From positions 1 to 51,827 of the forward strand of contig DASRQW010000273.1 of assembly GCA_035696245.1 (NCBI GenBank): DNA of 51,827 bases. The letters are read 5' to 3'. Origin of the DNA: Longimicrobiaceae bacterium (lineage in GTDB: Bacteria > Gemmatimonadota > Gemmatimonadetes > Longimicrobiales > Longimicrobiaceae). How positions within the stretch are numbered: the first letter of the stretch is position 1; each line of letters begins with the position of its first letter. The translations under genes and the position numbers were made by a program. Positions 18,897 through 25,281 of the stretch are shown here, one piece after another. The notes beneath the pieces are model-generated. The model made no database searches and was not told the origin of the DNA. It saw only the letters and a list, made by a program, of their open reading frames with translations.

Positions 18897-19414
18897 TTGC
18901 ACGTGAAAAGCTACGGAAGATGCGGAACCCTGGCGCTGGCGTCTGCCTGCCTGCTGCTCGCCGCGTGCAGCGACGCCACGGCGCCCGCGGCGGACGACGG
19001 GCTCCCGGCAGGCCTGGAAGCCTGCGTGTACCCGCCGTGGAGGTCGCCAGCCAGACGGCATCTGCGGCGCAGGTGGAGCTGTACCTGAAACGGGGTGCCG
19101 TCGGCGCTGTCCATCTCCAGCTACCAGGGCGAGCTGACGTATGACCGGCGGTGCTGACGCTGGACCACACCGACCTGCCCGCGGGCATCATCGCTCCACC
19201 AACGAGGTCTCGGCCGGGCACGTGCGCTTCGCCGGGCCGTCGCTGGGTGTGGGCTGGGCGACGTGCCGGCCTCACCCTGCGGTTCACGCTACGCGGCGCC
19301 ATCGGCCAGCAGTCGTTCGGCGTGAAGGTGGAGGAGCTGGCGGGGCGCGACTTCGCCGACCTCACCGCGCAGGTGGCCGGGCGTGTGCCGTTCTTCCACG
19401 CCACAGGTCGTTGA
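18897..19414 (+). pseudogene. Decayed lipoprotein gene (cohesin-like beta domain) with several frameshifts
   Basis: It starts with ...GTLALASACLLLAACSDATAPAADDGLPAGLEA (lipobox). The sense continues in other frames: AVEVASQTASAAQVELYLKRGAVGAV..., then SYQGELTYD..., then VLTLDHTDLPAGII..., then NEVSAGHVRFAGPSLG..., then GLTLRFTLRGAIGQQSFGVKVEELAGRDFADLTAQVAG. At least four frame changes occur in about 500 bp. Confidence 0.5.
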
Positions 19415-19488
19415 CGCTCTCCGACCGGACGCGCTCCCGCGCACCGCCGTCCGCTCTCGCAGGCCACGTTCCCAACATACGGACCTAC

Positions 19489-19638
19489 ATGCGCGCAACG
19501 AAGCTCGTACTTCCGCTCGCCACACTCTGTCTCGCCCTCGCTGCGCCGTTCATCGCGGCGGCCCAGGAAGCCCGTCCGAGCGTGGACGTCACGGCCGTCA
19601 CGGGATCCCTTATCGCTCGCGCATCTTCCGCTGGATGA
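19489..19638 (+). CDS. Small ORF with a signal peptide (49 aa); possibly a truncated remnant
   Basis: MRATKLVLPLATLCLALAAPFIAAAQEARPSVDV... has a good Sec signal but a very short mature part. Its 3' end overlaps the convergent ORF. Confidence 0.3.
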   Translation: MRATKLVLPLATLCLALAAPFIAAAQEARPSVDVTAVTGSLIARASSAG

Positions 19639-19822
19639 ACTCCACGTAGCTCGGCCCGCCGGGGTCCTCATGCCCCAGGCCCGCTCCCGATGCTTCCGTC
19701 TCGTTGGGCTCGGCGCGAGAAGCCTCGCCGGAGTGTGGAGTGGGTGCGTGCTCCGGATCGGATTCCGGCACGGGCTCGTCCGCAAGCCCTTCGCCATCGT
19801 CGGTGACGGTTCGCTGGTGCAT
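19610..19822 (-). CDS. Small acidic protein (70 aa), unknown function
   Basis: The ATG at 19822 is preceded by AGGGGG 6 nt upstream. Sequence MHQRTVTDDGEGLADEPVPESDPEH...GPSYVEFIQRKMRER has GC3-rich codons. It lies 78 nt downstream of the 291-aa gene. Confidence 0.4.
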   Translation of the reverse strand: MHQRTVTDDGEGLADEPVPESDPEHAPTPHSGEASRAEPNETEASGAGLGHEDPGGPSYVEFIQRKMRER

Positions 19823-19900
19823 GTAAGTCCCCCTGTGAAAGGTCCGGCGCTGCACGGTGGCGAGCCGTGCATCGGGCGTGCCCGGCCCGGCGCCGAGCGC

Positions 19901-20776
19901 CTACGGTTGGTCCTGGCACATCTTGTGGATAATCCCGCGCAGCCGCTCCGCACGCTCCTTGGACGCGTTGTCAGCGAGGTTCGCATCGGCGTGGTGGTCG
20001 CCCGCGAGCCGCACCAGCACCTGGTTGGGGTACCCGGGCTGGGCCTTCTGAGCCTCGAGCCGCGCTGGCTTGCTGAGCGTGTCGATCCAGGCGCGGAGGC
20101 TACCGTGGCTCTGGTCGAAGAAGCCGATGGACACGAACTCCGGCTCGCTGCCGGAGAAGAAGGTCTCCTGGGACCACTCGCCGGTGCCAGTCCGCCAGCT
20201 CAGGTAGCCGCCCGGAAGCACCTGGCGCGGCGCCTCGATGTGTCCCATGAAGTCGTAGCGCGCGGCCGCGTTCCCGGCCTGCTGGGGCGGTTCGAAGAAG
20301 CGCGGGTGGTAGAAGTCGGAGACGCGCACGCCGTTGACCGTGTATCCCAGCGTCGGTGCCTCGCACGGGTCGCACACCTCCAGAAGGAACTCGACGCGGC
20401 CCGGCTTGGACGAATCGGGCGAGTCGCCTGCGACCAGCCGGTTGCCGAACGGGTCCGCCAGCATCTCCAGCGCCTCGTGGCTGGCGGTGACGGTCCAGTC
20501 GGAGGTCACCTCCACCAGCGCGTACGGCTGGTTCTGGTCGTCCAGGTGCACCCCGAGGCCGCCGGGGCACACGTCTCCGACGATGATGGGCCAGTATCCG
20601 ATCGGCACGTCCTCGAGCCGGGTGAAGGCGTCTACGGTCGCGGTGACGCCCCACACGGGGCCGAAGTCGCGGGTGGCCTGCTTCTGGAGCGCGGCTGCCA
20701 CCCGCGTTAGGTCCGACGGCGAGATGGCGTTCGTACCCTCGGTCACCAACGCAATGTTGCGCAGCAGATTGGACAT
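19901..20776 (-). CDS. Hypothetical protein (291 aa)
   Basis: Clean ORF with GGAAAGGA 9 nt before the ATG. The composition is balanced and non-repetitive (MSNLLRNIALVTEGTNAISPSDLTRVAAALQKQATRDFGPVWG...). I do not recognise the family. Confidence 0.75.
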   Translation of the reverse strand: MSNLLRNIALVTEGTNAISPSDLTRVAAALQKQATRDFGPVWGVTATVDAFTRLEDVPIGYWPIIVGDVCPGGLGVHLDDQNQPYALVEVTSDWTVTASHEALEMLADPFGNRLVAGDSPDSSKPGRVEFLLEVCDPCEAPTLGYTVNGVRVSDFYHPRFFEPPQQAGNAAARYDFMGHIEAPRQVLPGGYLSWRTGTGEWSQETFFSGSEPEFVSIGFFDQSHGSLRAWIDTLSKPARLEAQKAQPGYPNQVLVRLAGDHHADANLADNASKERAERLRGIIHKMCQDQP

Positions 20777-20957
20777 GGTGGGGGTCCTTTCCGGAGCCTT
20801 CGTCCGCCGGCGGCGGGGCGGGTTGAGGCGGTTGCAGGTTGGGAAGGCGCCGCCGCGGCAGGTGCGCCTGCGCGTCCGCCGGCGTGTGCCTCCTCCATTG
20901 AGGGGCGGCGGGTCCGGAATTCTCCACGTACTCCGCTCCGCCGACTTGGGTGGACGC

Positions 20958-21002
20958 GGAAAGACCCCGTCCCTGACTCATCATCAGGCGCGGGGTCTTT
21001 CC
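20958..21002. other. Long nested hairpin
   Basis: GGAAAGACCCCG (20958-69) pairs with CGGGGTCTTTCC (20991-21002). The loop contains a second stem, CCTGA...TCAGG. No T tract on either side. Confidence 0.35.
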
Positions 21003-21459
21003 AATGCAGAATAGCGCCGGTTTCGGACTCTCGCCGGACGCCGGCGTTCTATTCCGTCTGCTTTGCCCTTCCGCACGTCCCGCTTCCCGCCGGCGTTCGC
21101 CCACAGCGCGCGCTGGACCATCAAGGGTGTCCAGCAGGCGCCGAGCAGGGCCGCGCGGTCGCGGAGCGCGGATGCGTACCGTGCGAAGTACGCGGGCGTG
21201 AACGCCACGTCGCGAGGCCGGGCACCTGCGCCGCCACCAGCTCGTCGAAAAAGGGGTAGACGTGCGGGCACATATGCGGCTGCCGATGCCGTCGCCGGGC
21301 CGAGGCGGCCAGCTTGGCGAGCGTGGGATCGGGAGCGCAGGGTCGGACACGATGGCGAGGTCGGTGGTGCTGGGGGTTCTGCCAGCAGCTCGCCCGGCCC
21401 GTCGTCCGAACTCTATCCGTCTCACCGAGGGCGGGAGAGGATTGGCGCGATGGGGACAA
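20984..21459 (-). pseudogene. Decayed paralogue of the HhH-motif gene at 23259..23852
   Basis: Two ORF fragments in different frames match the intact copy. ...HVYPFFDELVAAQVPGL matches HAYPFFDELVAAQVPGL, and DVAFTPAYFARYASALRDRAALLGACWTPLMVQRALWANAGGKR matches DVAFTPAYYARYAAALRARADLLGNHWTPVMVERALWAHAGGKR. One C is missing near 21213 relative to the intact copy (GTCGCGAGG versus GTCGCCGAGG). The stop codon is lost. Confidence 0.6.
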
Positions 21460-21474
21460 ATGTTTACAGAACCC

Positions 21475-21502
21475 TTGTCGTACTCTTTTTCAGCCTTATT
21501 TT
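21475..21502 (+). promoter_or_regulatory. Possible sigma70-like promoter for the orphan precursor gene
   Basis: TTGTCG (21475-80), a 16-nt spacer, then TATTTT (21497-502), inside the only AT-rich stretch upstream of 21575. Promoter rules for this lineage are unknown. Confidence 0.25.
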
Positions 21503-21574
21503 TACCACTCCCACCTCATCCCCGCCGGCCCAGTTTGCTCAGCCGGCGGCACACATCCGCAGGAGATCAACCCA

Positions 21575-21799
21575 ATGCAGAAGTTGAAGCTCGAGCTGGA
21601 CGCGCTCGCCGTGGAGTCGTTCATGACCGGTGACGCGACCGGCGGCGACGGCACGGTGCTCGGGCAGATCCAGGCCGAGAAGCCCACCACCAGCATGAAC
21701 GACCAGATGACGTGCGGCCAGAACTCGTGTGCGGGGGTGAGCTGCTACACCTGCAGCATCTGCATGTCGTTCGATTACATGTGCATCAACCCGGACTAG
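21575..21799 (+). CDS. Orphan Cys/Ser/Thr-rich RiPP-type precursor peptide (74 aa)
   Basis: AGGAGA lies 8 nt before the ATG. Sequence: MQKLKLELDALAVESFMTGDATGGDGTVLGQIQAEKPTTSMNDQMTCGQNSCAGVSCYTCSICMSFDYMCINPD. It has an acidic amphipathic leader with an LxLDxLxVESF box and a C-terminal 30 aa with 7 Cys and 6 Ser/Thr. Confidence 0.7.
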   Translation: MQKLKLELDALAVESFMTGDATGGDGTVLGQIQAEKPTTSMNDQMTCGQNSCAGVSCYTCSICMSFDYMCINPD

Positions 21800-21865
21800 T
21801 GGGGCACCACGCGTGATTTGATGTGTATTGCGGGGCTTTCGAAATAGAAGACCGGGAGCCGAGCG

Positions 21866-22321
21866 ATGCGAAAGCTGTACGTGGTGAAGTTGACGGAGTC
21901 CGAGCGTGGCGATCTGCATCGGCTGACACGCCGTGGCAAGGCAGGTGCGCGACAGATCAAGCGGGCGCTGGTGCTTCTGCGGGCCGACGAAGGTGCCACG
22001 GACGAGCAGATCGCCGCCGGAGTTGGCGTGGGCAGCGCAACGGTGGAGCGCATCCGCAAGCGGTTCGTCACCGAAGGGCTGGAGGAAGCGGTGACGGAGA
22101 AGCCTCGCCCGCCACTTCCGCCGAAGCTGGATGGGAAGGGGGAGGCGCTGCTGCTGGCACTGGCTTGCAGCGACGTGCCGGAGGGACATGCGCGCTGGAG
22201 CATGCAGATGCTGGCAGATCGTCTGGTCGCGTTGGGAGCCGTCGACGCCATCTCGGACGAGACGGTGCGGCGGAGTCTCAAAAAAGCAAGACGAAGCCGT
22301 GGCAGCGCCAGCAGTGGCTGA
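21866..22321 (+). CDS. IS630 transposase OrfA (HTH part)
   Basis: MRKLYVVKLTESERGDLHRLTRRGKAGARQIKRALVLLRADEGATDEQIAAGVGVGSATVERIRKRFVTEGLEEAV...ARWSMQMLADRLV... is a typical IS630 N-terminus. Confidence 0.85.
   Translation: MRKLYVVKLTESERGDLHRLTRRGKAGARQIKRALVLLRADEGATDEQIAAGVGVGSATVERIRKRFVTEGLEEAVTEKPRPPLPPKLDGKGEALLLALACSDVPEGHARWSMQMLADRLVALGAVDAISDETVRRSLKKARRSRGSASSG
22280..22286 (+). other. A_AAA_AAG slippery heptamer for -1 frameshifting
   Basis: OrfA reads CTC AAA AAA GCA; OrfB reads TCT CAA AAA AGC AAG ACG AAG CCG TGG, giving the K-x-KPW motif conserved in IS630 fusion transposases. Confidence 0.6.
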
Positions 22322-23244
22322 TCCCGGAGATCACGCCGGAGTTCATCTGGCGCATGGAGGACGTGCTCGACCTCTACGCCGAGGAGAGCGATCCAGAGCG
22401 CCCTCGAGTCTGCTTCGACGAGATGCCGCTGCAACTGGTCTCCGAAGTCCGCACCCCTCTGCCGGCGCGCCCCGGGCAGCCCGAAAGGTACGACTACGAA
22501 TACCGACGCGAAGGCACCTGCAACCTCTTCGTCTTCTTCAGCCCCGACATCGCCTGGCGAGAGGTCAAGGTCACCGACCGGCGCACTGGGGTCGACTTCG
22601 CCGAATGCATGCGGGACCTGGTGGACGTGCACTTCCCCAAGGCCGAGACAATCCGGGTGGTGCTCGACAACCTGAATACGCACACACCGGCCTCACTCTA
22701 CCAGGCGTTCTCGCCTGGGGAGGCGCGGCGAATTGTGAAGCGGCTGGAGTTCCACTACACCCCCAAACACGCGAGCTGGCTGAACATGGCTGAGATCGAG
22801 TTCTCCGTGCTGGGAGGCCAGTGTCTGGACCGTCGCCTGCCGACCCAACACAAGGTCCGCGTCGAGACGGCTGCGTGGTGCCGGGCACGCAACGAGAGCC
22901 GGGCCACCATTCGTTGGCAATTCACGACCGCCAACGCCAGAGAGAGGTTCTCGTCCCGATATCCATCGCCTCGGCCGTGGCGAGCCACTAGGCGCGTGTC
23001 GCCGCCCTGGACGGCAACCCCGCGCTGTAGGCAACGCCTCGGACCGAGCTACGAAAGCACCTCCGCGGCTTCGGGCGCGGAGGTGCTTTTGTTTTACGGT
23101 TGCCTCCGTTCGGTGGCGGGCGGCGGAAGCGATTGTGGTGCACGCCCCGTTAGACGGCAGATGCAGCATGACCTCTGCTTCGTTAATGGACGTCGACGGG
23201 CATCGATTCTCCTCTGTCGATCGTCCCCGCACGGGCCAGCCTAA
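22280..23244 (+). CDS. IS630 transposase OrfB (DDE part) entered by -1 frameshift; no stop inside the element
   Basis: ...KTKPWQRQQWLIPE...VCFDEMPLQL...NLFVFFSPDIAWR...VVLDNLNTHTP...HYTPKHASWLNMAEIEFSVL...IRWQFTTANARERFSSRYPS. Homology ends near 22975, but the frame stays open across the right IS end to 23244. Confidence 0.75.
23056..23095 (+). terminator. Canonical rho-independent terminator
   Basis: AGCACCTCCGCG (23056-67) / CGCGGAGGTGCT (23076-87) form a 12-bp perfect stem with an 8-nt loop, followed by TTTGTTTT. Confidence 0.7.
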
Positions 23245-23258
23245 GCTTGGTCGTTCCG

Positions 23259-23852
23259 CTAGCGCACTCCGCGCTTACCGCCGGCGTGCGCCCACAGCGC
23301 GCGCTCGACCATCACGGGCGTCCAGTGGTTTCCGAGCAGGTCTGCGCGGGCGCGCAGCGCGGCGGCGTAGCGCGCGTAGTACGCGGGGGTGAACGCGACG
23401 TCGCCGAGGCCGGGCACCTGCGCCGCCACCAGCTCGTCGAAGAACGGGTAGGCGTGGGGGGCGTATGCGGCCGCGACCGCGGACGCCGTCGCCGGGCCCA
23501 CGCCGGCCAGCTTCGCGAGCGTGGCGATGGGGCGCGCCGGGTCGGGGACGGCGGCGAGGGCTGCCGTGCTCGCGTCCACCACGGCCCCGGGCGGGTTGCC
23601 GCGGACGAGCGCCAGGTTTCGCGCCCGCCACACTCCGCGCGCCATCTTCCACTCCGTCAGCCGGACCAGCTCCGCGTGCGTGACGTGCGCCGGCTCGCGG
23701 GCCGCGATCGCGCCCGGCAGCTCGCCGCGATACCACGCATCCAGCTCCGGCAGCGGCTTCACGCCCTGCGCATCGACCACAGCGGCATACGCATCCAGCG
23801 CCGTCCGCCACGCTTTCGGCGCGTCGCTCGTCCAAAGGTCATCCATCGTCAT
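23259..23852 (-). CDS. HhH-motif protein of unknown function (197 aa)
   Basis: MTMDDLWTSDAPKAWRTALDAYAAVV...LAKLAGVGPATASAVAAAYAPHAYPFFDELV... contains a helix-hairpin-helix GVGPATAS signature. The start was chosen at the ATG at 23852; upstream ORF sequence is junk. Confidence 0.65.
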   Translation of the reverse strand: MTMDDLWTSDAPKAWRTALDAYAAVVDAQGVKPLPELDAWYRGELPGAIAAREPAHVTHAELVRLTEWKMARGVWRARNLALVRGNPPGAVVDASTAALAAVPDPARPIATLAKLAGVGPATASAVAAAYAPHAYPFFDELVAAQVPGLGDVAFTPAYYARYAAALRARADLLGNHWTPVMVERALWAHAGGKRGVR

Positions 23853-24078
23853 CAGGGGGTCGGAGGAAGTGTCGCCGGCTCGTCGGCTGCCGGGGCGCAC
23901 CGGTCGTGCCCGCACGCTGGCGGTGGCGTGTGGGGGAACGGCTACGCCGCCGGAAAGACGGGCTCGGGATCGAGCCACCTGTAGCCGCAAGGAGTTGCAC
24001 ATATTGGCGCAGAAATGGCTTCCGACATATCTCTACAACCGCGCCTAATGGGCCCTCGGTCGCTGGACCGAGTGGCGA

Positions 24079-24093
24079 CTCTATCGGATAGAG
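24079..24093. promoter_or_regulatory. Perfect palindrome in the divergent intergenic region upstream of the RiPP operon (possible operator)
   Basis: CTCTATC-G-GATAGAG, in the relatively AT-rich 24003-24310 spacer between the HhH gene and the first RiPP gene. Confidence 0.25.
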
Positions 24094-24309
24094 CCGGGCT
24101 TCGGGCACGAGCGCCCGGCTGGCGAGGTTAAACAAACCGAAAACGGTACACGGCAAAGACCTACGCACTGGACGGGGAGTGGCACCCAGCCTGCATACCT
24201 TTAGACGACAGAAAACACAGAAACAGGTGGATGGTCATCCGGCTTGCGCTCTCTCCGCGCGGCTCCCGGCTCCTCTGCCGTCTCTCTCGAACGCATACCT
24301 GGGCACCCG

Positions 24310-25278
24310 ATGCACAGCCCCGACCCCACCGTCACGGCGAACATCTACAGCGCACGCCACCTGGACGAGATCGTCCGCGGCGTGGTCGTGCCGCTCCGGC
24401 ATGGCCTGGCCGAGCGGGGCATGGCGGACCGGTGGTCGCTCTGGACCATGCGCTACCTGCGCCGCGGTCCGCATCTCAAGCTGAGGCTGCACGGGCCCGA
24501 GCAGGAGGCGGGCGCCGTCCGCGAGCTCTTGGAGGAAGCGGCGGAGGCCCACTTCGCCTCGCTGTCGCCGGAGGGCGACGGCCCCATGAAGCACTCCAAG
24601 GCACCCGCCGGCGCGGTGGACCTGGAGGACGAGGGCGAAGGCGAGCGCCCGGACCGCACGCTGCTGTGGACGACGTACCGCCGCAGCGCCGTCTCGTTCG
24701 GCCCAGACACCCAGCTGTTGGCGGACGACCGCTACGTCTCCCTCTTCACCGCCTGCCTGGCTGCCGCGGGCGAGATCGCCGTCACCGCCATCGAGCCGGA
24801 GATCTCCGAGGCGGGGCGGCTCAAGGCCCTGCGCGGCGGCCTGGCTGCCGGCGTCTCCGGCCTGCCTCTGACAGAAACCGAGCGCGACCTCTACCTCGAG
24901 TACCACCGCGACTGGCTGCTCCGCTGGATGATGCCCCACGCCGAGCGCGACGCCGAGATGCTGGCGAAGTTCGACCTGCGGGCGGACGCGAGCGGCGCCG
25001 CGGCGGCGGAGATCCGGCGCATCGCGAGCGAGGGCCCGGCGGTCGGCGCCTTCGCCCGATGGCGCGACGCGCTGGCGGAGCTGGCGGCGTACGTCGCCCG
25101 GTTCCGCGGCGACCCCGCGCACCACGTGGACCCCTTCACGGCCGACCCCGTCTTCCCCGCCCTGTTCAAGGTCTTCCACTCGCTCGCCAACCAGCTCGGC
25201 GTGGACATGCTGAACGAGTCCATGCTGCACCACATCGTGCTGCGCGCGCTGGCCGGCGCCGCGGTGGCGGGAGCGTAG
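24310..25278 (+). CDS. Stand-alone SpaB_C / thiopeptide-type bacteriocin biosynthesis domain protein, paralogue 1 (322 aa)
   Basis: ...ANIYSARHLDEIVRGVVVPLRHGLAERGMADRWSLWTMRYLRRGPHLKLRLHGP... matches the N-terminal signature of LanB C-terminal (elimination) domains (hhhRY..GPHhRhRh). An alternative TTG start is at 24244. Confidence 0.8.
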   Translation: MHSPDPTVTANIYSARHLDEIVRGVVVPLRHGLAERGMADRWSLWTMRYLRRGPHLKLRLHGPEQEAGAVRELLEEAAEAHFASLSPEGDGPMKHSKAPAGAVDLEDEGEGERPDRTLLWTTYRRSAVSFGPDTQLLADDRYVSLFTACLAAAGEIAVTAIEPEISEAGRLKALRGGLAAGVSGLPLTETERDLYLEYHRDWLLRWMMPHAERDAEMLAKFDLRADASGAAAAEIRRIASEGPAVGAFARWRDALAELAAYVARFRGDPAHHVDPFTADPVFPALFKVFHSLANQLGVDMLNESMLHHIVLRALAGAAVAGA

Positions 25279-25281
25279 CGC

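Larger units (their letters stand above)
21797..22990 (+). mobile_element. IS630-family insertion sequence (copy 2, a different member from copy 1)
   Basis: TA at 21797-98 and TA at 22989-90 flank the element. Terminal repeats are GTGGGGCACCAC (left) and GTGGCGAGCCAC (right end as written on the + strand; it is the inverted partner, 9 of 12 positions matching). Two-ORF IS630 transposase inside; about 1.19 kb. Confidence 0.8.

Noticed and set aside
19901-20776. HEALEM stretch in the 291-aa hypothetical protein as a possible zinc-metalloprotease motif
   Set aside because: The sequence is H-E-x-x-E, not HExxH, and there is no supporting third ligand motif. The protein is left as hypothetical.
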